Positions 13,877 to 22,952 of a stretch of 45,834 nucleotides of DNA are shown here, one piece after another. How positions within the stretch are numbered: the first letter of the stretch is position 1; every line of letters begins with the position of its first letter. The notes beneath the pieces are model-generated. The model was not told the DNA's origin and did no database searches. It worked only from the letters and a program-made list of their open reading frames with translations. The DNA comes from a virus: the IMG/VR virus record IMGVR_UViG_3300045988_134072, positions 1-45,834 of that record; one strand, 5' to 3'. Both the position numbers and the translations under genes were made by a program.

Positions 13877-15046
13877 ATGGCAAGGCGAGCGCTCCAACCA
13901 GGCGAACTAGGCAACATCACCACCACCAAAGTCTCTAAACAAGGCAAAGCATGGACCGTTAGTGCGGACGGCACGCACTGGCGAGCGAGCGTCCTTATCG
14001 GCCAACGCGGCAACACCCCCAAACGCATCCGCACCATCGCAACCAGCAAACGCCAAGCCATCCGGCAATGCGAGGAACAAGCTAAACAGTACATTGACGA
14101 CGCCAAACGCGCATCCGGCGTCATCACCCCACAAAGCACGCCCACGGAAGTCTGGGACACATACGTGCGATCCCGTCGCCACCAAGCCCTCGCACCGGCC
14201 ACCAGACGCAACTACGAGACCGCCGTGGCCGATAGTCAACGCGAAAACCCGCACTGGTGGAACCTCCCCCTTAACGAGGCAGTCACCGTGTCAGCCCTCA
14301 CCACACTCTACGACGGGTATGTTGCCAGGCATGGGAGCGGGCGCGCTAAGAATAGCCTGCGGGCCGCACTAGGCGTCGCCCTCAAGCTCGCATCCGACGC
14401 CGTCAACCTCTCATCATTCCGCTCCACATGGCCCACAGAGTCCCCCATCACAAACCCCGTACGCGCAAGGCTAGACGGCGACCGCATCCTCACCCCCGCC
14501 GAAATGCGCACCCTCATAGCCACACTCGAACAGTACGACGCCAAGCGAATCCCCGAACAGGACGCGATAGACGCCCTCATCCTCCAAACCCACCTAGGCG
14601 TGCGCGCGGGGGAGCTGTTCTCTCTCACATGGGGGAACATCGACCTCAACGATGGCATAGTGCGCGGCGTTGAGTCCCGCAAGACTCACCGCACGTACCC
14701 GGACAAGACCCTGCCCGAATGGCAAGCCGACAGGCTACGCGCCAGAGCGGGGAAAGCCCGACACCTGACCCCGGATACTCGCCTGTTCGACCGTGCGCAA
14801 GCAACCATGTACAGAGAGTGTCGGCTGCTTCTCAACAAGCTCAACCTACAAGACATGTCAATCCACGGCATCCGCAAATCTGTGGGCAGTATCGTGTTTG
14901 ACACTTACGGGGCAAGGGCGGCGGCAGCATGGCTCGCACACTCGAACGTGCAAACCACTATCGCCTACTACGTGAAGCTAGACGGCGCGATGCCGGAAGG
15001 CCCTGTTGACCTGCTCAATTACGGCGAACAGGAAAACGGGCAATAA
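13877..15046 (+). CDS. int: tyrosine integrase / site-specific recombinase
   Basis: LGVRAGELFSLTWGNIDL (Arg box), HGIRKS and LAHSNVQTTIAYYV (His-x-x-Arg and Tyr boxes). ATG 13877 is 9 nt after aggaagg. Confidence 0.9.
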   Translation: MARRALQPGELGNITTTKVSKQGKAWTVSADGTHWRASVLIGQRGNTPKRIRTIATSKRQAIRQCEEQAKQYIDDAKRASGVITPQSTPTEVWDTYVRSRRHQALAPATRRNYETAVADSQRENPHWWNLPLNEAVTVSALTTLYDGYVARHGSGRAKNSLRAALGVALKLASDAVNLSSFRSTWPTESPITNPVRARLDGDRILTPAEMRTLIATLEQYDAKRIPEQDAIDALILQTHLGVRAGELFSLTWGNIDLNDGIVRGVESRKTHRTYPDKTLPEWQADRLRARAGKARHLTPDTRLFDRAQATMYRECRLLLNKLNLQDMSIHGIRKSVGSIVFDTYGARAAAAWLAHSNVQTTIAYYVKLDGAMPEGPVDLLNYGEQENGQ

Positions 15047-15198
15047 GTGGGCAACCCGCCGTCTGGCAGGTAGGCCATATTGTTGGAATCATGCGGGAAA
15101 CCGGCCTACAAATCATAGTACATCTGGTACTCGATAGGCAAGGTTACAAGCGTTGCGCAAACTCCCTGACCATAGGCCGTTTCACCAATGATGGCAAC

Positions 15199-15249
15199 AA
15201 AAAATCCCCCCGCCCATAGCCGCCGGTCAAGCAGCTGGGAGCGGGGGGA
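15199..15249 (-). terminator. intrinsic terminator ending the - strand arm
   Basis: On the - strand: tccccccgc, a loop of about 27 nt, gcgggggga, then tttttt. It lies 47 nt downstream of the last - strand gene. Confidence 0.55.
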
Positions 15250-15295
15250 AGCATATGGGCGCGAGATAAAGGGGCACCATTGGAGGCAACGGGGC

Positions 15296-15562
15296 CTAAT
15301 CCGCACACCCCATTCGACTTGCGTAAACCCGAGAATGTGCTAGAAGCCCAAGCGCTGTTAGCGCCTGCAATTTACAGGCCCCCAGCTCGCCGCGCAGGCG
15401 ACGCAAGCAGTCCATCGTACCGTCAACCGCGCCGCAACCGGACATGCGAGCCGACACGACAAGCAGCAGATCAACCGCCGCAATCGCCTCCCTGTATTCC
15501 TCGACCTCGGCGCGCAGGCCGCGCTCAATCACGTTGAGACGATCACCAACCGGGTCACTCAC
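15296..15562 (-). CDS. hypothetical protein
   Basis: GTG start overlaps the upstream TGA (GTGA). Last gene of the - strand arm. Confidence 0.55.
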   Translation of the reverse strand: MSDPVGDRLNVIERGLRAEVEEYREAIAAVDLLLVVSARMSGCGAVDGTMDCLRRLRGELGACKLQALTALGLLAHSRVYASRMGCAD

Positions 15563-15945
15563 AGAACCACCTCCAAAGACTCATCATCGTCCAGCCCATC
15601 GTTAAGCGGGCGTCCGTTTAGGAACTCGCACATCTCACGCACGATGCGGAACTCGTGACGCCACACAGTAACGACAGCCATCCCAAACACTCGCGCCACG
15701 CGCTCCTGCTCAACATCCAGAATCAGTCGATTCCCGATCAGGTTCCGGTCCTCCTGGGACAAGTGCCAGTAGGCGCGCTGGGCGTCCGCACACAGGGCCA
15801 TCATGTCACCGCCCTCAGACGGGTCACGCTTGCCCTTAGGCATGCCAGCCTCAACATGGGTTTCTGCGAGACTCACGCCCCACCCGCGCTGCTTGTCGAA
15901 CGCGAGGGGGAGCAGCTTCACCATCATTCCAGGTTCGTACTTCAC
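15559..15945 (-). CDS. sigma-70 region-4-like HTH DNA-binding protein
   Basis: LSQEDRNLIGNRLILDVEQERVARVFGMAVVTVWRHEFRIVREM resembles a sigma region 4 HTH. Confidence 0.55.
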   Translation of the reverse strand: MKYEPGMMVKLLPLAFDKQRGWGVSLAETHVEAGMPKGKRDPSEGGDMMALCADAQRAYWHLSQEDRNLIGNRLILDVEQERVARVFGMAVVTVWRHEFRIVREMCEFLNGRPLNDGLDDDESLEVVL

Positions 15946-16340
15946 ACATCCCCCGTTCCAAACTCGTCAGGGAGCACATCGAAATCCCAGGGCACCTCAT
16001 GTTCGTGATGCCTGTAATCCGGGTAGTTCTCAAACAGCATTTGAGAGAACAGGTTTACGAGAGCGGCCTCCCCAGCCGTGTTCCACTTGTCCGCAACGTA
16101 ATGGGCGCGGTCGAACGCCTTAATGTACAGCCACCCCATCACCTCAGACCGGGGCACGCGAGAACGACGACAAAACCAGTCCATGCCCTTACGGAAAGCC
16201 CGCCACAACATAGCGGCCTGGCCCGGCATATCATCCGAAATGACCTCAAGGTCAGGAGGCTCCACCGCAAGCAGTTCCCGCACGTGCTCAGCCGTCATAG
16301 GCCCCTCAACGTTCAGCGAGGGATCAAACCAGTCACGCAT
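15942..16340 (-). CDS. hypothetical protein
   Basis: 132-aa ORF with ordinary composition. ATG 16340 overlaps the end of the primase. Confidence 0.6.
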   Translation of the reverse strand: MRDWFDPSLNVEGPMTAEHVRELLAVEPPDLEVISDDMPGQAAMLWRAFRKGMDWFCRRSRVPRSEVMGWLYIKAFDRAHYVADKWNTAGEAALVNLFSQMLFENYPDYRHHEHEVPWDFDVLPDEFGTGDV

Positions 16341-16942
16341 GCTGCACCCCCTCCCGTGAGCAGACTGTTCACATCTTCACCACGGGGCACCGTCACTCGC
16401 ACTGCCTGTTGCAGGCTATCTGTCACAGCGTCGGCCAGTCGGTCGCCAGCCTCGTCACCGTCCGCCCACACGAACACTTGCTCGCACCCGGCGAACGCGA
16501 GGCTCATCCAGGGCTTCCAGTAGGATGCGCCGGGCATTCCGCACGCAGACAGGCCGCACTCGACCAGGCTCAGCGTGTCCAGCTCGCCCTCAGCAATGTG
16601 GGCGACCCTCGCCCCCTTCACACCATTCAGGTTGTAGATGTTGAACCGCTCGCCGTGGCGGCTCGTGTACTTTGGTTTCCCGCCATCCAAGCGTCGGAAC
16701 CTGATCCCCGTCGTTACCCCATCCAGGTTCACGTGGGGGATAACGAGGCACCCCTGGTATTGTTCGTCACCTGGATACGGGTCACCAGCGTAGCCGAGTC
16801 GCGCGGCTTCGCATGTTGCGACGCTGAGACCCCGGCCTTGCAGGTACGTTCTGGCCCCATCGGCCTGCTGCTGGTAGTGCGCGGCCCTCGCCGCTAGTTC
16901 CGCCACCATCGAGTCCGGTAGCGGCTGCATAACGTTTGGCAT
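16313..16942 (-). CDS. DNA primase, TOPRIM-domain part
   Basis: YLQGRGLS...LGYA, AHIAEGELDTLSL and VFVWADGDEAGD motifs. ATG 16942 is 11 nt after aggagg. The frame stays open upstream to 17170. Confidence 0.75.
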   Translation of the reverse strand: MPNVMQPLPDSMVAELAARAAHYQQQADGARTYLQGRGLSVATCEAARLGYAGDPYPGDEQYQGCLVIPHVNLDGVTTGIRFRRLDGGKPKYTSRHGERFNIYNLNGVKGARVAHIAEGELDTLSLVECGLSACGMPGASYWKPWMSLAFAGCEQVFVWADGDEAGDRLADAVTDSLQQAVRVTVPRGEDVNSLLTGGGAACVTGLIPR

Positions 16943-17174
16943 CTTTGAAAGACCCTCCTGTTTCCTCCATGATCCAAGAAAGCCAATCCCCGCCACGCCC
17001 GCAGCCGAAACAGTGCCATAGGCCCTTGCCCCAGTCGATGCTGAGGGAGGCGTTAACGTCCCCGTGGAACGGGCAGACGATCTTTCTTGAACCGTGGGGG
17101 GCGTCCACATTGAAGTGGTCCAGCACGGCTTTGAGGCGACCGCCATCGCCTGTCCTCGTGTTCCATTCACTCAT
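16782..17174 (-). CDS. DNA primase, CHC2 zinc-finger part (separate frame)
   Basis: CPFHGDVNASLSID...WHCFGCGRGGDWLSWIMEETGGSFKDAKRYAAATGL. The last ~40 codons are Arg/Gly-rich and look non-native. Confidence 0.7.
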   Translation of the reverse strand: MSEWNTRTGDGGRLKAVLDHFNVDAPHGSRKIVCPFHGDVNASLSIDWGKGLWHCFGCGRGGDWLSWIMEETGGSFKDAKRYAAATGLDGGGTSGEGRALPAAGRWGQNVPARPGSQRRNMRSRATRLRW

Positions 17175-17222
17175 GTGGACACCCCCGTTTGTGTGTTGAT
17201 CTGGTTCTGTGTGTTGCGCCCC

Positions 17223-17606
17223 TTAGAGGCGCTTCATGAGGCGCGCGAAATCCTCCAACGTGAGGACCGCATAGGCTTGCCCGGTCGGCCTCTGACGTGC
17301 CTTCACGATGGCTACGCCGAACGCGTCAGCCTGGGGGATGCCCCGGTTATAGGCGTACAGTGCGGACTCATCCGCCGCCTCGCGCAGGAATTGGGGGAGG
17401 CTCACCTGCCCCCGGTTTTTCGCTTCTAGCACCATGCGGGCGTCAGTGTTCGGGGTGCGCACAACCAGATCACCCTCGTCTACCGTGCCGAGTTGTCTGA
17501 GGGGTTCGACGTCAAGTCCCTGTTCGCGCAGGTACTTGCGGACGTCGGTTTCCCAGGCAGTCCCCTTAGCCTTGTTACGGTTCGTCACTGATTGCCCCAC
17601 TTCCAT
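17223..17606 (-). CDS. PD-(D/E)XK endonuclease, Holliday-junction-resolvase-like
   Basis: KGTAWETDVRKYLREQG...DEGDLVV...LEAKN pattern. Confidence 0.65.
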   Translation of the reverse strand: MEVGQSVTNRNKAKGTAWETDVRKYLREQGLDVEPLRQLGTVDEGDLVVRTPNTDARMVLEAKNRGQVSLPQFLREAADESALYAYNRGIPQADAFGVAIVKARQRPTGQAYAVLTLEDFARLMKRL

Positions 17607-17692
17607 TCGTCCCAGAGTCCTCGGCCCATCCAGCCGACGATCAGGCCGATAATCGCGTACTCTGCGATGAGGATCATTGTTGATACTGGCAT
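17585..17692 (-). CDS. tiny hydrophobic protein (35 aa)
   Basis: MPVSTMILIAEYAIIGLIVGWMGRGLWDEWKWGNQ, read by hand. Its ATG overlaps the upstream TGA. It falls below the ORF-track cutoff. Confidence 0.3.
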   Translation of the reverse strand: MPVSTMILIAEYAIIGLIVGWMGRGLWDEWKWGNQ

Positions 17693-18021
17693 CAGCTGCA
17701 GTCCCCCCTCATGCACGCAGAGCAGCCGAGGCAACGCGCCTCATGGTCGTCATCGCTACCCGGATACTTCCCGTCGTTCAGCTCCTGCACGTCGCGGTCA
17801 ATCATGCCGACTGTGCGAGACAGTTCACGCACACCGGCCTGCATTTCTCGCAGGCGCTTCTCAACGACAGTCAGTCGCAGCCCGTAATCAAGGGCAGACA
17901 GTTCCGTCTTGGACCACGCTTTACGCACGTCTCGCACTTGCGCTTGTACCCATACGAGAACAAGCATTGTTGCGATATTGCAGACGACGCACGCTGCGAT
18001 GCATGTTTCGATCACACTCAT
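17692..18021 (-). CDS. membrane-anchored coiled-coil protein with Cys-rich C-terminus
   Basis: ATG 18021 follows ggaagggaag. Helix CIAACVVCNIATMLVLVWV and C-terminal CLGCSACMRGDC. Confidence 0.55.
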   Translation of the reverse strand: MSVIETCIAACVVCNIATMLVLVWVQAQVRDVRKAWSKTELSALDYGLRLTVVEKRLREMQAGVRELSRTVGMIDRDVQELNDGKYPGSDDDHEARCLGCSACMRGDCS

Positions 18022-18036
18022 TTTCTTCCCTTCCAA

Positions 18037-18198
18037 TTAAAACCAGCCGCGTTTCTGGCAGAATCTTTCCGCAGCTGCCTCTAGGCGATCAAACAGGTTC
18101 TCCCACCAGGCCATTACCACATCAAGGAAAATGAACAGAAAAGGCAGTACAACAAGACCCGCTAGACTCGCAAGAATCACCAGCAGCCAATGAATCAT
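18037..18198 (-). CDS. tiny membrane protein (53 aa)
   Basis: MIHWLLVILASLAGLVVLPFLFIFLDVVMAWWENLF..., read by hand from the - strand. It fills the gap between neighbouring genes. Confidence 0.35.
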   Translation of the reverse strand: MIHWLLVILASLAGLVVLPFLFIFLDVVMAWWENLFDRLEAAAERFCQKRGWF

Positions 18199-18225
18199 CA
18201 CAGACTCACACTTCCTTCCATCGTG

Positions 18226-19029
18226 TCACCCGCGCGCCCCAAACCAGGTCCGCGACGGGTCACACGCCAAGCCGACATACCATGAAGCGGACGGGTCACA
18301 AAACCCGTCACGTTGTTTCACGCACGCGACATAGAACTCTTTGTTGATTGGGTCCAGTGCGACTGTCAGAGTCAGCTCAGGCTTCTCTGACAGGCCATTC
18401 TTGATCTGGTCCCTCGATGGGGGCTTCCAAGGATTCGACTTCGCATCCAGCGTCTTATCCGACGCATGGTGCAACACGATCACCGTCGCCCCCGTAGTAC
18501 GCGCAAACGCAATCACGTCCTGCATGACTCCCATTTGCGCTTCGTAATCCGACTCGCACCCAGCAAAGTCCATCAAGTTATCGAACACCACGACTTTAGG
18601 GAACGCGTTGTGGAGCATTACGTAAGCGTTAAGCTCATCCTCCACCTGCTCCCAGGTGATCGGGGAGCCAAACGACAGTTCGATGGGCAACGATGCTGCT
18701 GCTTGTTCGATCTGTGCCCTACCGTTCGTTGTGCCCATCATGGCTTCGACTTCCTTAGACGACATGCCAGTAGCGATACTTGCTAGCCGTACGCCCGCCG
18801 TAAAGGGGGCCATATCCGCCGAAAAATACAATGTCGGCAGCCCCATGCTCGCAACCCAATACAGGGCAAACCCTGATTTCTGCGAGCCCGACCGGCCAGC
18901 AACCATCACCACCTGCCCCTGCCTTGGGGTCACGCCCGCCTCATACAAGTCCTTGAAAGCAGGAACGTGGGGGAGTGGTTGCTGGTCGGAAACGCCCTTA
19001 CGGAGGGACTGGAATACATTCAGTCCCAC
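18226..19029 (-). CDS. DnaB-like / RecA-fold replicative ATPase
   Basis: Walker A VMVAGRSGSQKSGFAL and Walker B-like VVVFDNLMDF, plus VIVLHHASDK. Confidence 0.75.
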   Translation of the reverse strand: MGLNVFQSLRKGVSDQQPLPHVPAFKDLYEAGVTPRQGQVVMVAGRSGSQKSGFALYWVASMGLPTLYFSADMAPFTAGVRLASIATGMSSKEVEAMMGTTNGRAQIEQAAASLPIELSFGSPITWEQVEDELNAYVMLHNAFPKVVVFDNLMDFAGCESDYEAQMGVMQDVIAFARTTGATVIVLHHASDKTLDAKSNPWKPPSRDQIKNGLSEKPELTLTVALDPINKEFYVACVKQRDGFCDPSASWYVGLACDPSRTWFGARG

Positions 19030-19037
19030 AGGCTAGG

Positions 19038-19508
19038 TCAGGCCCCGAAGTCCGGCATCAGGGGTTCGTCATTAAACGACGGCGCGTCAGGGGTGGCACT
19101 CATCTTTGCACACAGGGCGTCCGCGAAGTCGTTCACCGGCTTCCACGCAGGCTCGCCCTCGCCCAGGTCAACGGTCGTCCAGAACGACTTGCCGTTATTG
19201 CTTTCCTTCACGATGCGGAACGGTCCGACGAGGTTGCCGATCTGGCCGTTCAGTGCGCGGGCGATACCCTTGTTCGCACCCCAAATCACGCCGAGCATTT
19301 CCTCGGGCGTACCGTTCTCGACGTCGGCCTGCGTGTGGAACACCCACGCATCCATCTCAACCTCGTGGCGAATGCCTTCCTTGCCCTGGAAGTTTGTGGG
19401 CACGTCAAACTCAACCTTGTGAGGGACGACGAGGATAGCCCTCGCGTTTTCAACGTCCTTGGTGCGGAAGTAGGACGAGGTATTCGGCATCTTGACGACA
19501 CGCTGCAT
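19038..19508 (-). CDS. putative single-stranded DNA-binding protein
   Basis: Position next to the helicase and an acidic C-terminal tail (SFNDEPLMPDFGA). The fold cannot be verified from sequence alone. Confidence 0.35.
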   Translation of the reverse strand: MQRVVKMPNTSSYFRTKDVENARAILVVPHKVEFDVPTNFQGKEGIRHEVEMDAWVFHTQADVENGTPEEMLGVIWGANKGIARALNGQIGNLVGPFRIVKESNNGKSFWTTVDLGEGEPAWKPVNDFADALCAKMSATPDAPSFNDEPLMPDFGA

Positions 19509-19644
19509 AACGTGTTCTCCTAGTTCTCACCCCGCGATGGGGGGTGCTCATGTTTTCTTGTTGTCTTGTTCTGTGTGACCCCACAATGGGGGCCAGGATC
19601 AGCGCAACTAACCGTGTTAGAAACGCCTGTAACAGCCTCGCAGA

Positions 19645-19818
19645 CTAGCCGCGAGGATTCATGCGGGCCTTCAACTGGACGCGCCGCCACGCGTCCGCCT
19701 CGACCATCACCTCACTACCATCCGGCAACGCCATAGCAAGGTCGTATAGTTCCTCCACGCTCATGGGGAACTCCACCGGAAGCGTGGACCAGTGTTCAGT
19801 CAGCTCATCGTAAGCCAC
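19645..19818 (-). CDS. small hypothetical protein (57 aa)
   Basis: VAYDELTEHWSTLPVEFPMSVEELYDLAMALPDGSEVMVEADAWRRVQLKARMNPRG, read by hand. It fills an otherwise empty gap. Confidence 0.35.
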   Translation of the reverse strand: MAYDELTEHWSTLPVEFPMSVEELYDLAMALPDGSEVMVEADAWRRVQLKARMNPRG

Positions 19819-19824
19819 CGTCCG

Positions 19825-20376
19825 TCACGCCCCCTTCTTCTTCGCAGAGGCCGCAAGCTCACGACCGCGAGCCTTCCACGCCTCCACCAGAACCGGCTGA
19901 TTATTCATCGCCGTACCGTAGCGACGCCACAGCTCCTGCAACGTCGGCACATCCTGCGCGTCAGCAACCAGGTTGTAGATATTCTTCTCATTGTCTGAGA
20001 GCGCGCTCAGCGGGTCCGTCGTGGGGGCCTTCGGACGATCCGCGTCGCCCTCATGCAAGCCCAGGTCCACCGGAACATCATCCACAATCACCCTTGCGGC
20101 CAGCTGGTCCACGACGTTCCACTTACCATTCAGGGCCTTCGCCAGAGACAGAACCGCATCCGACATAGGCACCTTCTCGTGGTCCCAATTCTGCCAGCCG
20201 AACGCATCCTCCAGGGCGCGCTCAACCGACGCCACCGAGCCTCGGAAAACCATCCACGGCGCGTCATACCCGCCCCCAGCCTTCATCGTCACCGTCACCT
20301 CAGCCGGAGTATCAACAGCCAAAGCCGTAGCGCGACCCACATCATCCCGCCATGGGGACTGCTCAGGAACCGCCAT
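19825..20376 (-). CDS. hypothetical protein (recombination-module position)
   Basis: 183-aa ORF whose start abuts the nuclease stop. No motif recognised. Confidence 0.6.
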   Translation of the reverse strand: MAVPEQSPWRDDVGRATALAVDTPAEVTVTMKAGGGYDAPWMVFRGSVASVERALEDAFGWQNWDHEKVPMSDAVLSLAKALNGKWNVVDQLAARVIVDDVPVDLGLHEGDADRPKAPTTDPLSALSDNEKNIYNLVADAQDVPTLQELWRRYGTAMNNQPVLVEAWKARGRELAASAKKKGA

Positions 20377-21279
20377 TTATGCCACCTCCAAAAACTCCAC
20401 AGGGCCAGTAATCGGCGGAATCTCACCCGCACGCTCACCGCCAGTAGCAGCACAGTACTCACGCACGGGGCACGCCTTACACATCATGCCCGGCGACGCA
20501 GGAAACACGCCCGCCTCCAAACCGCGCCCCACATTATTCAGCCACGTCTCCACGTAAGCATCATTCCGCGTAGTCATCGGCACCCAATCCAGCACGTCGC
20601 CATCCATGCCCATCCAGTACGCGGCCTTCACAACCGGCACGCCAGCCGCGCGCAACTGCGCCGCATACGCCTTCAACTGCGTCGTAGACTGCGGCGGATT
20701 CCCCGTCTTAAGGTCCACCACAAGCAGCTCACCATTCCCATCAACGAGAATCCGGTCAATGTAGCCGACATACGGGTAACCACCCAACGGGTGCGACACC
20801 TTCAATTCGATACCGGGGACTATCTTGCCGTCCGCACTGTCGAACAGGGCAATCTTGTAGTTGTTCGCCTTCCGCCAGTCCAGCCAATTCTGAACCATAA
20901 TCGGCCCGTAATGACGCGCCCACTCTTCGTCCTTCTTGTTCGGGCCACCGCCCTTACCGAGGCCCGTCTTGAGAACGCGACCGGACGCATTGATCGTCGT
21001 GCCCGCCTCCAAGCGGCGAGCCTTCTCCCGGTCGAACGCGAACGTGAACGCCTTCGCCACATCCTCGTCCAGCAGCGGCGCATGCTTATCCGTGGCGAGG
21101 CTAACCTCGCCAAGGTCACGCGCCTCCGTGACCTCATGCACCGCCGTGCCCATCAACGTCACCCAGTACGTTGCCTTGTCCAGACCGTACACGCGAGACA
21201 ACCGCCAACGCTCCGCACAATCACTGTACTGTGCGGCGCTGGAATACGACAGCCTGCGAATGGTCCGCTTCTCGTCCAT
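20377..21279 (-). CDS. PD-(D/E)XK exonuclease, Cas4/RecB-like
   Basis: GYIDRILVDGNGELLVVDLKTG...TQLKAY core plus C-terminal cysteines CKACPVREYC. ATG 21279 follows ggaagggagaagg. Confidence 0.75.
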   Translation of the reverse strand: MDEKRTIRRLSYSSAAQYSDCAERWRLSRVYGLDKATYWVTLMGTAVHEVTEARDLGEVSLATDKHAPLLDEDVAKAFTFAFDREKARRLEAGTTINASGRVLKTGLGKGGGPNKKDEEWARHYGPIMVQNWLDWRKANNYKIALFDSADGKIVPGIELKVSHPLGGYPYVGYIDRILVDGNGELLVVDLKTGNPPQSTTQLKAYAAQLRAAGVPVVKAAYWMGMDGDVLDWVPMTTRNDAYVETWLNNVGRGLEAGVFPASPGMMCKACPVREYCAATGGERAGEIPPITGPVEFLEVA

Positions 21280-21444
21280 GCGAGCCTTCTCCCTTCCAGT
21301 AGAAAGTGTGTTGAAAGTGTCCGACTCGGATCGGTCGAACAAACGCAAGCATAACGCAAGCCCGACACCTGGCGCAACTCGAACACGCAAAAACGGGGGC
21401 CGTGACCTACGCCACGACCCCCGCAAAGACAGTCAAACCAACAT

Positions 21445-21948
21445 CTACAAGCCGAAATACGCGCCCACAGCCGCCGCACTCACGCGAGAAAAATCCGCCA
21501 CAGGATTACCCGCATCATCTAGGAACGGGTCACGAATCCACCACTTATCCACCCCAGGACGACGAGGGACAAACACCATCGCATCAGCATCCCCGTCATA
21601 ATCAACAACCTTGTCCGCCCCAAGCGCACGACGCAGACGAATCGCAATCTTGCGCCCCTCATCCGACACAGGCTTCCCCTGCTCAATCGCAGCCAGCGCC
21701 CGCAGGCCAGTACGATAATGCCCATTCTGAGGATCCTTCGCCCGCATCACCCACGGCGTAGCAAGCGGGAAGCGCTCAGGCGCGCGACGATCACCCACAC
21801 GCCTAACAAAACGACTCCACATACTAATAGACGTTTCAACCCCGTACTTCTCACGGTACAGGTCCACCATCTGAGGATACGTCCATCCCTCATCGACTAG
21901 TAGACGACGAGCCTCATCCTCGTCAACGATCTTAGTCCGCCGCGACAT
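21445..21948 (-). CDS. HTH-containing hypothetical protein
   Basis: N-terminal EARRLLVDEGWTYPQMVDLYREKYGVETSISMWSRFVRR. First gene after terminator 22067-22110. Confidence 0.55.
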   Translation of the reverse strand: MSRRTKIVDEDEARRLLVDEGWTYPQMVDLYREKYGVETSISMWSRFVRRVGDRRAPERFPLATPWVMRAKDPQNGHYRTGLRALAAIEQGKPVSDEGRKIAIRLRRALGADKVVDYDGDADAMVFVPRRPGVDKWWIRDPFLDDAGNPVADFSRVSAAAVGAYFGL

Positions 21949-22066
21949 CTTGCATCACTCTCCATGGGTATTGGTAATTACTGTCGCACGCCAAACGTTA
22001 CCACACTGCAAGCCTAACGCAAAACCCAACCCCATCACAACCCCTGCCACACGATAGGCATAACAT

Positions 22067-22110
22067 GCAGAAAACGGCGGGAGCACAACCAAAAACGGTT
22101 ACACCCCCGC
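22067..22110 (-). terminator. strong intrinsic terminator inside the - strand arm
   Basis: On the - strand: 15-bp stem ggcgggggtgtaacc / ggttgtgctcccgcc with loop gttttt, followed by gttttct. Confidence 0.65.
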
Positions 22111-22130
22111 CAACCTACCGCGCGTTAGAA

Positions 22131-22952
22131 TCACGCCACCCGGCGAGACAACACGCGCCGCACAGCACGCGACCCACGAAACACGCCACCACACGACGAA
22201 CAACGGAAACACTCAAACACACTCACAGCAGTCACCGCCTCACCGCACGACACATACTCGGTACCGCCACACGACGGACACGACAACCCCTCGCCCTCAG
22301 TCCACACGCCCAGGTGGACAGCCGACGACAACCACGGACGCAACCTGTCGAACAGGGCCTCGGTCAACTCGACGTCGCCACGGTTATACGTCTCCATCCG
22401 CTGCCACGCATCCCGGTCACCCTCCATGCAGGCAACCCATAGCGCGTGCCCCTCGTGTGCAACCTTATGCCCCAAGCCCAGGCGAGACGCCACGTAATCC
22501 AGCTTGTTCGACGGGAACTTAAACTCCCGGCGCACCACCGGCAACAGGTCAACATTCCTGTACGGGCGAGGCTTACCCAAACCAGCCAACACAAACTCAC
22601 GGTTCAAATGCTTCACGTCATACTTCACGCCATTAAACGACACCAGGACGTCACACTCATCCAGCAGCCTCCACGCTGCCTCAACCATCGCCTCGTGCCC
22701 ATCCTTCTCATCCGAGAAAAACAGAGTCTGACTGTCCCCATACCACTTAGCCGCAAAACAAATCATCCGGCCATCCTCAACGATCTGAGGCAAACCCACG
22801 TTCTGATCCCACAAGCCCCACACGTGCGCCACAGTCGGACTGCATTCAATATCCAACGTCAAAATGCGAGCACCATTACCCGCATCAACCCTCGCGCCCT
22901 CAGCTGCAACCGGCGCATTCACACGCTCATGCATATCTCTAAGAAATCCCAT
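22131..22952 (-). CDS. DnaQ/RNase-H-fold 3'-5' exonuclease with C-terminal zinc ribbons
   Basis: ILTLDIECSP exo motif and NGVKYDVKHL. C-terminal CPSCGG...CFRCSSCGG. Confidence 0.7.
   Translation of the reverse strand: MGFLRDMHERVNAPVAAEGARVDAGNGARILTLDIECSPTVAHVWGLWDQNVGLPQIVEDGRMICFAAKWYGDSQTLFFSDEKDGHEAMVEAAWRLLDECDVLVSFNGVKYDVKHLNREFVLAGLGKPRPYRNVDLLPVVRREFKFPSNKLDYVASRLGLGHKVAHEGHALWVACMEGDRDAWQRMETYNRGDVELTEALFDRLRPWLSSAVHLGVWTEGEGLSCPSCGGTEYVSCGEAVTAVSVFECFRCSSCGGVFRGSRAVRRVLSRRVA

Noticed and set aside
20053-21354. 433-aa + strand ORF
   Set aside because: Arg/His/Leu/Pro-rich junk translation antisense to the well-supported Cas4-like nuclease and neighbouring genes.
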